Positions 1-12,056 of a stretch of DNA of 64,000 bases are shown here, piece by piece. Position 1 is the first letter of the stretch. The number at the start of each line of letters is the position of its first letter. The translations under genes were made by a program, and so were the position numbers. Origin of the DNA: Squalus acanthias (taxonomy: Eukaryota); the NCBI GenBank assembly GCA_030390025.1, contig CM059432.1, positions 67,458,001-67,522,000 on the forward strand, written 5' to 3'. The notes beneath the pieces are model-generated. The model was not told the origin of the DNA, did not search any database, and worked only from the letters and a program-made list of their open reading frames with translations.

Positions 1-1430
1 AATCTTCAGAGCTGCTGACATTTTCTTCCCCTTAATTTGATACAAATTAAATAAGTTTCAGGCTGAAGATATTAAGCTCATCTGATCCACTATTTGAATT
101 AGTTTGAAAGTGAACCCTGCCATCATGAGAAAATTCTAACATTTACTTAGTAAGATCAGGATATTTGACAATCGTATCTTCTGCAGAGCTGTTTCTTTCA
201 ACCTGAGGCAATTTCTATCTTTTTAATACTGTCTGTATCTTGCTTAGACGTATTCCTGTTGGAGATTTCTTCCACCCTCATTACCTACTCCTTGGCATTA
301 CCTGATTATTTTCAATGGGTCCCATATCACTTGATCTTTTTATCTAGGAGAGTAATATAGCCCAGGGAATCTCAGAGCAAAGTGATGTATTATCTTGAGA
401 AAGTGTTTTCAGTGAAATCCAGCAACTGGCAAAAAGGAATGAATTTATAAATCTCGACTTATTTTTCTGGAAAGTAACAGTGGATTATGTTCCAGTGGGT
501 GTTGGCGCTGAAGGGCAGAGCAATTATCTTTTTCTTTCATTTAAAAAAAAAATCTGCTGCTTTCATTTAACTGATCTTCCTGCTTGTATCACACATTATA
601 CGTAGGTTTCCAATGTTTTTGAAGACCACTTTGAGCTCCAGGGAGACGGTGGTATACCAATTAGTAATAAGAAGAATATTAAAATATAATGAGACTCTGT
701 TAAATACTGAGACAGATAGGAAAAACAAACCAGATCATATACAGTATTTTCACAGAAGTCAAAGATTATTGGCTTATGAAACATCTGAGGAGGGATAATT
801 CGCTGGATGTTATTTTAACGCTGACTTATTGCCATTTGGAAAATGCCATTATGTTGAACTTGGACAGTATTTACACCATTTCACAAATCCTGAGATAGGT
901 TTAACATAACAATAATTATTTTATGTCGCAGGAGCAAAAATAGTCATTTAACTAATTAATTCAGACAATATGGGGGGAATTTTAATCCTCCCATGAGGTT
1001 TGGGAGAAGGATGGGGTATATAAATTATTATTATTTTTTTTTATATCGCAAAACGCGACCCCAACCCACCGTGTACGTGCCAGGTGCCACTTTTACAATG
1101 GCAGATTATGTGACGTGTCTGTGTCCCACTCTCAAGAGGAGGGACACCTCATTATAATATTTAAATCAGGCTCCAACAGTGTACTTGAACACAAGAATAC
1201 AAGAAATAGGAGCAGGAGTAAGCCATTTTGCCCTTCGAGCCTGCTCTGCCATTCAATAAGATTATGGCTGATCTTCTAACTCAACTCCACCTTCCAGCGT
1301 TATCCCCATATCCCTTGATTGCCTTCGTATCCAAAAATCTATCGCTCTCTATCTTGAATATACTCAACGACTGAGCATCCACAGTTCTCTGGGGTAGAGA
1401 ATTCCAAAGATTCACAACCTTTTGAGTGAA

Positions 1431-1902
1431 AAGAAAGAAAATAAAATAAAGACTTGCATTTATATCGCACCTTTCACAACCACTGGATATCACAAAGCAC
1501 TTTACAGCCAATGAGGTAGTGCAGTCATTGTTGTAATGTAGGAAACGCAGCAGCCAATTTGTGTACAGCAAGCTCCCACAAACAGCAATGTGATAATAAG
1601 CAGATGATCTGTTTTAGTGATGTTAATTGAGAGATAAAAATTGACTAGGACACTGGGGCTAACCCCTCTGCTCTTCTTCGAAATTATGCCATAGGATCTT
1701 TCACATCCACCTGAGGGCAGACGTGGGCTCGGTTTAACATCTCATCCAAAAGATGGCCTCTCTGACAGTGCAGCACTCCCTCAGCACTGCACTGGAGTGT
1801 CAACCTAGATTTTTGTGCTCAAGTCTCTAGAGTGGGACTATGAACCCACAACCTTCTGCCTCAGAGGCTAGAGTGCAACCAACTGAGCCACGGCTGACAC
1901 CT
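1431..1902 (-). mobile_element. tRNA-derived DeuSINE (SacSINE1-like) with L2-type 3' tail
   Basis: Reverse complement has A box TGGCTCAGTTGG, a degenerate B box, a Deu-domain-like core (GATGTTAAACCGAG...GAAGAGCAG) and tail TGAAAGGTGCGATATAAATGCAAGT. Near-identical copy at 37085-37523. Confidence 0.8.
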
Positions 1903-2150
1903 ATGTGAAGAAATTTCTCCTCATCTCAGACCTAAATGGCTGACCCCTTATTCTGAGACTGTGACCCCTAGTTCTAGACGCTCCAGCAAGGGGAAACATC
2001 CTCCCAGCGTCTACCCTGTCAAGCGCCTTAAGAATTTTATATGTTTCAATGAAATCACCTCTCATTCTTCTAACTCTAGGGAATATAGGCCTAGTCTACT
2101 CAATCTCTCATCATAGGACAATCCCCTCAACTCAGGAATCAGTCTAGTGA

Positions 2151-2311
2151 CAAGCAAGATAATGCGGATGCTGGAGATCTAAAGTAAAAACAGAAAATGC
2201 TGGAAATACTGAGCAGGTCAGGCAGCATCTCTGGAGAGAGAAACAGAGTTAACGTTTCAGGCCAATGACCTGAACTCTGTTCTGATGAAAGGCCATCGAC
2301 CTGAAACATTA
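2151..2311 (-). mobile_element. Penelope-like element terminal fragment with short inverted pseudo-LTR piece
   Basis: 14-bp TSD AATCAGTCTAGTGA at 2137-2150 and 2312-2325. Matches the end of the PLE at 31747-32640. Inverted segment 2282-2310 carries CTGATGA...GAAAC. Confidence 0.8.
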
Positions 2312-2621
2312 AATCAGTCTAGTGAACTTTTGTAGCACTCCCTCTAAGACAAGTATATCCTTCCTTAGGTAAGGAGACCAAAACTGTACACAGTACTCCA
2401 CGTGTGGTCTTACCAAGTTCCTAAACAATTGTAGTAAAACTGCTTCAGCGAGAAATTCGGCTCTGCAGCGCCCGATTTTTCTGTGCTACGGGTGCCATTT
2501 TGTGTTGAAAATGGCGTCCATGCACTTGCGTGCGAACACCTCTGGCGCGGGTCGTGCTGGATGACATTTTGCTGAGGGCGGTAGGGCGGGCATTAGGAGC
2601 CTGCGCCGCAAGTATGTAGAG

Positions 2622-3470
2622 TGGAATATTTTGTATCGGTCTTCACAGTAGAAGACAGTAAAAGCATCCCAATAATAATTGAGGGAGGAACTTAAAACAA
2701 TCACTATCACTAGAGAAAAAGTACTAGGCAAACTAATGGGACTAAAGGCTGACAAGTCCCCAGGACCTGATTACCTACATCCTAGGGTCTTAAAAGAAGT
2801 GGCTGCAGAGATAGTGGATGTGTTGGTTGTAATCTACCAAAATTCCCTGGATTCAGGAGAGTCCCAGCAGATTGGAAAACCACAAATGTAAAGCCCCTAT
2901 TCAAGAAAGGAGGGAGGCAGAAAGCAGGAAACTATAGGCCAGTTAGCCTAACATCTGTCATTGGGAAAATGCTGGAATTCATTATTAAGGAAGTAATAGC
3001 AGGACATTTAGAATATCATAATACAATCAAGCAGAGTCAACATGGTTTTATGAAAGGGAAATCGTGTTTGACAAATTTACTAGAGTTCTTTGAAGATGCA
3101 ATGAGCAGGGTGGATAAAGGGGAACAAGTAGATGTCGTGTATTTGGATTTCCAGAAGGCATTCGATAAGGTGCCACATAAAAGGTTACTGCACAAGATCA
3201 GAACTCACGGGGTTGGGGGTAATATATTAGTATGGATAGAGGATTGGCTAACTAACAGAAAACAAAGAGTCGGGATAAATGGGTCATTTTCAGGTTGGCA
3301 AACTGTAACTAGTGGGGTGCCACAGGGATCAATGCTGGGGCCTCAACTATTTACAATCTATATTAATGACTTGGATGAGGCCAAGACCAGATCAGCAATG
3401 ATCTTATTGAATGGCAGGGCAGGCTTGAGGGGTCGAATGGCCTACTCCTGCTCTTATTTCTTATGTTCTT
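2622..3470 (+). mobile_element. CR1 LINE fragment, internally deleted
   Basis: [33 protein letters not shown] and SGVPQGS motifs. Jumps at ~3380 directly to the 3' UTR and tcttatttcttatgttctt tail. Confidence 0.9.
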
Positions 3471-3916
3471 ACCATGATGTCAATCAGCGTGCAATGCTGA
3501 TTTGACGCCAGCGCTGCTATTTTTGTCCTCAACACTGGAGCTAACACCATGTGTTAACCTCGCACAGCTGACCATGTGTTCAGCAGCAAGGACCACCAGT
3601 AACAAATTTTAAAGGGATCAGCAAGCACTCTCAGGTTACTTGCTGACTCGGTGTAAGTTTGTGGAAGTGTTTGGTGCTTTCCAGACTTGATTAAAGTTGA
3701 TGAGGTGCCAGGAAGTGGTGCTGCAAGTGGAGAAGGCCTTGCTTCTGACTTCAAGGATTCTGGTCAGACCACTTGCTCCCAGCCATGGGTGCTGTAGTTG
3801 TCATCCCCCTTGACCTGCAGCATGACAGGGAGATGGAGCAGAGGCAGTGAAGAAGATGACAAGCTGCTCGCAGAGGGAGGAGGAAGAGGGGAGAAGGGCT
3901 CTTAACCGGGAGCCAA

Positions 3917-4868
3917 TGTAGGTCAGCGAGCACAGGGGTGATGGACTAACGGGACGTGGTGCGAGTTAGGACACGGGCAGCCGAGGTTTGGATGAGCCTC
4001 AAGTTTGCATAGGGTGGAATGTGGGAGGCCAGCCAGGAGTGCATTGGAATAGTCAAGTCTAGAGGTAACAAACGCATGGATGAGGATTTCAGCAGTGGAT
4101 GGGCTGAGGCAAGGGCGGAGATGGGCGATGTTATGGAGGTGGAAGTAGGTGGTCTTTGTTATGCTGCGGATATGTGGTCAGAAGCTCATTTCAGGGTCAA
4201 ATATGACACCAAGGTTGTGAACAGTGTGGTTCAGCCTCAGACAGATGTTTGGGAGAGGGATGAAGTCAATGGCTAGGGAACGGAGTTTGTGGCGGGGACT
4301 GAAAACAATGGCTTTCGGTTTTCCCAATATTTAATTGGAGAAAATATTTGCTCATCCAGAACTGTTTGTCGAACAAGCAGTCTACAATTTAGACACTGTG
4401 GAGTGGTAGAGAGAAGAAGTAGTGAGGTAGAGCTGGGTGTCGTCAGCATACATGTGGAAGCTGACATTGTGTTTTCGGATGATGTCGCCAAGGGGCAACA
4501 TGTAGATGAGAAATAGGAGGGGGCCAAGGATAGATCCTTGGGGGACACCAGAGGTAACGATGCGGGAGCGGGAAGAGAAGCCATTGCAGGTGATTCTCTG
4601 GTTACGATTAGATAGATAAGAATGGAACCAGGCGAGTGCAGTCCCACCCAGCTGGACGACGGTGGAGAGGCGTTGGAGAAGGATGGAGTGGTCAACCATG
4701 TCAAAGGCTGCAGACAAGTCAAGAAGGACGAGGAGGGATAGTTTACCTTTGTCACAGTCACAAAGGATGTCATTTGTGACTTTGATGAGAGCCGTTTCGG
4801 TACTGTGGCAAGGGCGGAAACCTGATTGGAGGGATTCAAACATGGAATTGCAGGAAAGATGGGCACGG
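3917..4868 (-). mobile_element. L2-clade LINE reverse transcriptase fragment
   Basis: QSGFRPCHSTETALIKV, LLDLSAAFDMVDH, GVPQGSILGP and YADDTQLY are L2-type RT motifs. Confidence 0.9.
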
Positions 4869-6125
4869 ATAAAGACCTCTATTAGGTCACCCCTCAGCCA
4901 TCTTTTTTCCAAGAGAAAAGAGATCCAGCCAGTTCATCCTTTCCTGATATGTATACCCTTGTATTTCTGGTATCATCCTTGTAAATCTTCTCTTCACCCT
5001 CTCCAGTGCCTCTATATTCTTTTTATAATATGGCGACCAGAACTGTACGCCGAACTCTAAGTGTGGTCTAACCAAGGTTCGAGACAGGTTTAGCATAACT
5101 TCCCTACTTTTCAATTCTATCCCTCTAGAAATTTACCCTAGTGCTTGGTTTGCTTTTTTATGGCCTTGCTAACCTGTGTCGCAACTTTTAGTGATTTGTG
5201 TATTTGTACTCCTACATCCCCTTGTTCCTCCACCCCACCTAGACTCGCGCCCTCCAAGTGATAAGTGACCTCCCTATTCTTCCTACCAAAATGTAATACC
5301 TCACATTTATCTGTGTTGAACTTCATTTGCCAATTATATGCCCATTCTGCAAGTTTATTAATGTCCTCCTGTAGCTTGTTGCAGTTCTCCTCAGTATTGA
5401 CTATCCCCCCCAATTTGGTGTCATCCGCAAATTTAGAAATTGTGTTTTTGAGTCCTAAGTCTAAATCGTTAATGTAAATTGTGAACAGCAGTTGTCCCAG
5501 AACTGATCCTTGTGGAGCACCACTACCCACCTTCTGCCACTGTGAATAGCTATCCTTTACTCCTACTGTCTGCTTTCTGTCCTGAAGCCAGCCAGCAATC
5601 CATTCTACTACTTGTCCCCTGACTCCACATTCTCTGACCTTGTTCATCAGTCTATTATGGGGTACCTTATCGAAGGCCTTTTGAAAATCCAGATAAATTA
5701 CATCTACTGCATTACCATTGTCTACTCTCTCTGTTACCTCTTCAAAAAATTCGATAAGGTTGGTCAAGCAAGATTTTCCCTTTTGAAATCCATGTTGACT
5801 ATTCATTATTATATTTTTGGTTTCTAGATGTTCTTCCATTTTCTCCTTTAGTAGGGATTCCATTATTTTTCCTACCACCGATGTTAAGCTGACTGGTCTA
5901 TAATTCCCTGAACATGTTCTATCCCCCTACCTAAATATCAGTATTACGTTAGCTATCCACCAGTCCTCTGGCACTACACCCTTTTTCTAACGAATTATTA
6001 AATATGCGTAGTAATGCCTCTGCTATCTCTTCCCTAGATTATTTTAAAATGCATGGATGCAATCCATCCGGACCAGGTGTTTTATCCTCTTTGAGTTTGA
6101 TTAATTTATTTAATATATCCCCTTT
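4869..6125 (-). mobile_element. CR1 LINE RT fragment
   Basis: ORF 5138-5878 with [19 protein letters not shown] and KCEVLHFG; ORF 4887-5114 with LVRPHLE. Confidence 0.9.
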
Positions 6126-6674
6126 GGCTACTGCATAGCCAAGAGATTAGGCAATGGCTGCTCCAGTTTGATAAGAAAACAATGTATAAATGTAAGCTTT
6201 TTCCTTTGTTCAGGCAGCACAAAAAGACCCATGCTTAGGTTTACGTGGTCTATCTGTGACTATTCCGCTTGTAAATTGCTTTTTATGCTGAAGTTAAAGA
6301 ATAAAATGATTATAACCAGCAGTCTGAACTTGTTACTACTTATTGAACAAACAGAAGTATGTTTAAGACAACTGGCATATGGTAGCCAGCTGAGGAGGAG
6401 GAAGAGAGGGAAGAGAAAGAGGAGGAAGTGGAAGAGGAGGAGGCAACCCAGACAGCCCCTTTCTGCCCGGGCTGTCCTTGATCAACTCATGTGACTGTGG
6501 TACCAGTGAATGCAACCCCCATTCCCCATTCAGCAATAGTCCCACACCTTACCTTCCCTCTGTTACTGACCATCACAGTGTCCCCATGGCCACAATACTG
6601 AAATAAAAGCCACCACAAAAGAAACATTCTAATTCAACTTTATGCATCAATCCATCCTTACATAACAAAGTCAA

Positions 6675-8619
6675 CTAATCACCCTTGTGCATTCCCTTAG
6701 TGCCTGTCTGCAATGTGCCTTTGCCTGTCCTCATGCTCCTACGAAGTGTTACCCCAGCGGTTGCAGCACGGCTGGTGGAAGGTAGCTGACTTTCAGTGGG
6801 GGAGACTGCAGATGGGCTTGCAGGACGACCTCGAGCACCTCTGGGCCTATAAGGCTCGGTTTTAGACTGCACCACCTCGGTATGGGTGGCACCAGTCTGG
6901 GCTGGCTGACAAGCAACACAAGGGCACTGGCAAAGTGTCAGTGGTGGAAGGACGAATGCTGCCATCGTGAGAGAGGACAGCAGGTTCGTGCTCCATGGAG
7001 CCACTGGCAGTTCCCTGGGGCGGCGCCTCAGCATTCCTAGTAATCTGTTGGAGGACAGATTACTGGACTGCTGGGACACCCTGCAAGCCCCTTTCCACAC
7101 TGGTAATTGCAGGCCACGATGGCAGCAGTCTGAGTTTGCATGTCAGACATCTAAGTTTCCACTGCAGCACTCAGACATTGGGCGGCTTCTGTTTCTGCTG
7201 CAACATCGGCCATCAGATGCTGCATCGTGGTTGGGTGCCGATCTTGGAGCCCATGATTTCCAGAATGGAAGTGATGGGCAACTCCATTAGCACACTCCAC
7301 AAGTGCACTAATGGAGTTGTCCATCACTTCCATCCTGGAAATCCTGAGTTCCAAGATCTGCACAAAGCCTTGTGCAAGGTTGGTGCCCGACTCCTCCATG
7401 CTCCTCGAGATTGCACTCAGGCTTTCTGGCAGGCCTGCCAATGCACCAAGCATTTCATTGTGCATACCCATCAGCATTCTTCTGTAGGCCTCCCCCAACT
7501 GAAGTCCTCATCTGAGTCCTCTGCAGTAGAACCCATGTGCGACCTCGCCAGCAGAAGCTGGCACCTGCGCTACCCTTTCCCCTGCCCTGGCTGCAGGCAT
7601 CTCGTGCCCGGTGTCTCACCACGTGCAGGTCTCACGTCTAATCTATCCTCTAAAGTACATGGAGTGTCATATCTGAGCTGATGGCTGCGAGTGTGAAATC
7701 AAGTGACGGTGCTGTATCTTCCTTATCAGTGTCTTGGTGCTCTTCTATTCCATGCTCCTCCACCAGTGCCTGGCGAGGTGTTAGTTCTTGGCTATTCAAA
7801 AGGAGAAAGGCACAAGGGTAAGGTTGTGGTAAAGGGAGGGGTGAAAAGCAAGAGGTGCATGCTTACACCACGCGAAGCATATAAATCAGAAGAGATTGTG
7901 AAATGAGGAGGGATGTGGGATGTGAAAAGGAGGATTACTTATGAGGATACTATCATCTTGTATTGTTTCAGCTCCGCCGCTGGCTACAGGCTCAGCAATG
8001 GCCCTTCCAATAATGGCCAGCACCGTCTCTTCCATCAGGGTCATATTATGCAGGCGTGCCTGTACCCCACCAGTTAGTAGCTCCCGCTGCCTCCGATTGT
8101 GAGCCGCCTTGTCCTGCAAGAGAAAGGGAAGTGTCTCTGAGTGTGGTGCAATGTGTTTTGGTTATATGCCGGTCATGTTTGAATAGCTGGCAGTGTGTGC
8201 AAGCTCTGATATGTGGGTGTGAGGCTTGCAGCATTGCTAACTGTGTGAGGGTGAGGTGAAGCTATGAATGTAAGGTATAAGTTGTGTTTGGCAGTGATTG
8301 TTGATAGGCGAGTGATGGAGTGTGGTGCATTGAGCAGTGTATGGTGCAGATGGTGGGATTTGGCATTTGAAGATGAATTCACTGACCTTGAGCACTCGTG
8401 TGAGATCATTAAACTTCTTCCTGCACTACGCCCACATTCTCAGGGCTATACTGCTGGCATTCATCAGGATAGCTGTCTGCTCCCAATGCCTTTTGCACAT
8501 TTGCTTGGAGGGCTGGCCTCTGTGGAAACAGGACCTCTTCTCATTTTTACCTCCTGCACCAAGACCTCCAGTGCTGCAGCAGAGAACATTGGAGCATGCT
8601 CTCTCCTCTGTTGTGACAT
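6675..8619 (-). pseudogene. Harbinger Myb/SANT-like DNA-binding gene, 3 exons (~8619-8387, 8113-7951, ~7791-6675), frameshifted
   Basis: MSQQRREHAPMFSAAALEVLVQEV... with an RKKFNDL motif, then a GTCAGT donor. Exon 2 reads DKAAHNRRQRELLTGG. The C-terminus has RGRP. Same layout as the other copies. Confidence 0.8.
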
Positions 8620-9637
8620 TAGTAATTTTTTTTTGCTGCTCTGACTCTGTTCCCCAGCCAGTTCAATCATCTGCTGCAGGCAGAATGCACCTCCCTTTTA
8701 AGAGGTGCAGACTGCCTTTAAGAAGTGCCGTCCAGCTTTAATTGGTGCTAGCCTAACACGAACTTGGGCCCCCTGCTGAGCGTTCAGCCACTCAGCAACG
8801 CATTCAGCACTGGGCTGAATGGTACAATCATTTCAATCAGCAGGCAACACAAAGTTAGCGGGCTGCCTGCATTAACTTGAATGGGCATGGGTTGATCTCA
8901 CATTGCAATCCCCGTGATCGTTTTTGGGTGGAAACCAATTTCTAGCTGCTGTATTCTTATACTCTAATGCCTTTGTAATAAAGCCTAACATACCATTTGC
9001 TTTCCTAATTGCTTGCTGTACCTGCATATTAACTTTCTGTAATTCATGTACAAGGACACCCAGGTCCCTCTGAATACTAACATTTCCCAGGCTCTCACCA
9101 TTTGAAAAATATTTTGCTTTCTGATTTTTCCTACCAAAGTGGATAACTTCACACTTCTTCACATTATTTTCCATCTGCCATGTTCTTGCCCACTCAATTA
9201 ACCTGTCTATATCCCTTTGCAGCTCCTTGCGTCCTCCTCACAGCTTACTTTCCCACCTACCTTTGTATCATCAGCAAACTTAGATACATTACACTCGATC
9301 CACTAATCAAAGTAATTGACATCGATCGTAAATAGCTGAGGCCCAAGCACTGATCCTTGCGGTACCTCACTAGTTACAGCCTGCCAACCCAAAAATGACC
9401 AGTTTATTCCTACTCTCTGTTTTCTGTCCGTTAACCAATCCTCAATCCATGCTAATATATTACCCCAATCCCATGAGCTCTAATTTTGTGCAATAACCTC
9501 TTGTGTGGCACATTGTCAAATGCTTTGAAAATCCAAATTCACTACACACACTGGTTCCTCCTTATCTACCCTACTAGTTACAGCCTCAAAAAACTCAGGT
9601 AACAGGTTAGTCAAACATGATTTCCCTTTCATGAATC

Positions 9638-10225
9638 CGTGTTGACTCACCTCCTGACTCCCCAAAGCCGTTCCGCCATCTACAAGGCACAAGTCAGGAC
9701 TGTGATGGAATGGTCTCCACTTGCCTGGATGAGTGCAGCTCCAACAACACTCAAGAAACTCAACACCATCCAGGACAAAGCAGCCCGCTTGATTGGCACC
9801 CCATCCACCACCTTAAACATTCACTCCCTCCACCACCGGCGTACCGTGGCTGCAGTGTGTACCATCTACAAGATGCACTGCAGCAACTCACCAAGGCTTC
9901 TTCAGCAGCACCTCCCAAACCCGCGATCTCTTTCACCTAGAAGGACAAGGGCAGCAGATGCATGGGAACACCACCACCTCCAATTTCCCCTCCAAGTCCC
10001 ACACCATCCTGACTTGGAAGTATATCACCGTTCATTCATCGTCGCTGGGTCAAAATCCTGGAACTCCCTCCCTAACAGCACTGTGGGTATACCTTCACCC
10101 CTCGGACTGCAGCAGTTCAAGAAGGTGGCTCACCACCACCTTCTCAAGAGCAATTAGGGATGGGCAATAAATGCTGGCCTTGCCAGCGATGCCCACATCG
10201 CAGAAATGAACGACTGAAAAAAAAA
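9638..10225 (+). mobile_element. 5'-truncated copy of the tRNA-headed LINE family (CR1/Zenon-like RT C-terminus)
   Basis: IYKAQVR..MEWSPLAWMSAAPTTL...SLHHRRTVAA; 3' UTR gcaattagggatgggcaataaatgctggcc plus poly(A). Matches 26365-26919. Confidence 0.9.
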
Positions 10226-10315
10226 ATTTCCTTACGACTGAGGTCAGGCTAACTGGCCTTTCATTCCCAGTTTTCTCTCTGACTATTTTCTTGAATAATG
10301 GGGTTATGTTTGCTA

Positions 10316-10457
10316 CAATATTCCCTCTAATTTTTTTTTGTTCGCGGTCCCTTTATATTTGCTGTGCGGTATCTTCCAGCGGCAACAACTTGGGAGTGGC
10401 CTCCGCGGGACTTCCCGATTGATGCGTACCCACGCGCCCGCACGCCTTAGGGAACCT
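10316..10457. mobile_element. Short MITE-like insertion (possibly hAT-type)
   Basis: Ends CAATATTCCCTCTAA ... TTAGGGAAC are inversely related. It interrupts CR1 between tttgctac and cttccaatc. Confidence 0.45.
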
Positions 10458-10929
10458 TCCAATCTCTGGAGACTGTTCTAGAATCTAGGGAATTCTGGAA
10501 GATCAAAACCAATTCATCCACTATCTCTGTAGCCATCTCATCCTATCTAGGATCTAGGCCATCAGGTCCAGGGGATTTATCGACTTCTAGTCCCAGCACT
10601 TTCTCCAGTACGATTTCTTTACTAATACTCATTTCTTTAAGTTTCCCATTCTCTCTGGACCCTTGGTTCCCCACTATTTCCAGATCGTTATTTGTGTCTT
10701 CTACCATGAAGGCAGATACAAAGTTAATACTTGTATTTTAGAAAGAATTATGCTTAAACCAAACAAATGTTTAAAAATAGACTGAAGCTGGATTTAGAGA
10801 AGGGAAAAATTACCCAGGTTTTCTGCTCAGTGGCTCCTGCTAGAAAGCCTGTGTGTGTGGACGTCAGGTTAGCAATTAAATGAGCTCTGTTGTGATGAGG
10901 CCCTCCATAGTTGAATTGCCGTATAAAGC

Positions 10930-11902
10930 TACCGAGATCCTGATTTAAATTTAATGCTGGTCAGCCGGGTTTCCCAGGGCTTGGGAAACTTGGCAGTGGA
11001 ATGGAGGCGGGAGCAGTTGGATCAAGCAGGTAAGTGCTTTTTATAGCAGTGCTTGTGGGACAGGAGGAGGGAGGAGCAGGAGTGCTCCCCCCGGCCTCTC
11101 AAGCAAGTCTTCTGCTGCTATTGGCCAACCTTCCAAACCCACAATCTCTCCCACCCGATTGGCGGTCTGACACCTCCCTTCTGCCCCAACAGTCCTTGGC
11201 TGCTGCCTTCTGTCACTGGTTTTCCTCCTGGCAGCTAGTCAGCCTGTCAGTCTGGCTGGCTGCCAAGCGGGAAACGGAATAACAACATTTTTTTTTTTAT
11301 TCGTTCATGTGATGTGGGAGTCACTGACAAGGCCAGCCTCGACCATCCCTAATTGCCCTAGAGAAGGTGGTGGTGAGCCGCCTTCTTGAACCGCTGCATT
11401 CCGTGTGGTGAAGGTATTCCCATCGTGCTGTTATACTTCTTTGTAGCGTTTTGGTACAACTGAGTGGCTTGCTCGGCCATTTCAGAGGGCAGTTAAGAGT
11501 CAACCACATTGCTGTGGGTCTGGAGTCACATAAAGGTCAGACCAGATAAGAATGACAGATTTCCTTCCCTAAAGGACCTCAGTGAACTAGATGGGTTTTA
11601 TGACAATCCAATAGTTTCATGGTCACCATTACTGACACTAGCTTTTTATTCCAGATTTATTTAATTAGCTGGATTTAAATTCCCCAGTTGCCGTAGTGGG
11701 ATTTGAACTCACGTCTCACCAGATCATTAGTCCAGTCCTCTGATTACTGGTCCAGTAACATAACCACTATGCTACCGTAATGAGGTCTTGCCGTTAGATT
11801 CGGCAACACCTCTCTGTTCCCCCCCACGATGGGCAGGAGAGGGGGTTTTCCCAGGTTTTTTTTGCTATAACTTTGGTGGATGACTGGTGAAACCCCGGCC
11901 AA
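10930..11902. mobile_element. Non-autonomous Harbinger-like element interrupted by a SINE
   Basis: Shares the block gggtttcccagggc..gggaaac..ggcag...ggagcaggagtg with 55500-55650 and, inverted, with 14400-14470. Ends in aaaccccggcc. Confidence 0.45.
11288..11778 (-). mobile_element. tRNA-derived SINE, internal-deletion derivative of the LINE at 23937-26919
   Basis: A box TAGCATAGTGG and B box GAGTTCAAATCCC. Body matches 23937-24235, including ATG GCC GAG CAA. Joins the LINE 3' end at ~11433 and ends in a poly(A) tail. Confidence 0.9.
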
Positions 11903-12056
11903 AGTTATGGCATGAAATCAGGAGAACTCCTGTAGAAATTCAGGCCCATGGCAATTTGCCCATGGAAATTGCTTCTCTCATGCATTTTCATAACTCTGCT
12001 ATTTCTCTAATAATACCTTACTTACTACCTTCCTCTTCACTTTTCTCTTTCAGTCA

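Larger units (their letters stand above)
2446..8947. mobile_element. PIF/Harbinger transposon 1 (decayed; transposase core replaced by LINE fragments)
   Basis: Imperfect TIRs CAGCGAGAAATT / AATTTCTAGCTG split the host CR1. Myb gene on the minus strand. Transposase-like N-terminus at ~3785-3916 and acidic C-terminus (...ARAVLDQLM) at ~6380-6494 on the plus strand. Confidence 0.7.
1186..10725 (-). mobile_element. CR1 LINE, fragmented host of a nested cluster (pieces ~1186-1430, 1903-2150, 2312-2445, 8951-9637, 10226-10316, 10458-10725)
   Basis: 3' tail (acaagaatacaagaaatagg) at ~1190 and the C-terminal FTQKVVNLWNSLPQ motif. The CR1 sequence stops at 2445 and resumes in register at ~8951 (KCEVIHFGRKN, RT region). 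Interrupted by a SINE, a PLE, a Harbinger, a LINE fragment and a MITE. Confidence 0.85.

Noticed and set aside
596..798. Short overlapping ORFs as a host exon
   Set aside because: No recognisable homology and no supported splice partner.
4382..4912. 176-aa RT ORF as a novel chimeric gene
   Set aside because: It is a chance in-frame junction of CR1 (RLRGDLIEVF) and L2 fragments at 4868/4869.
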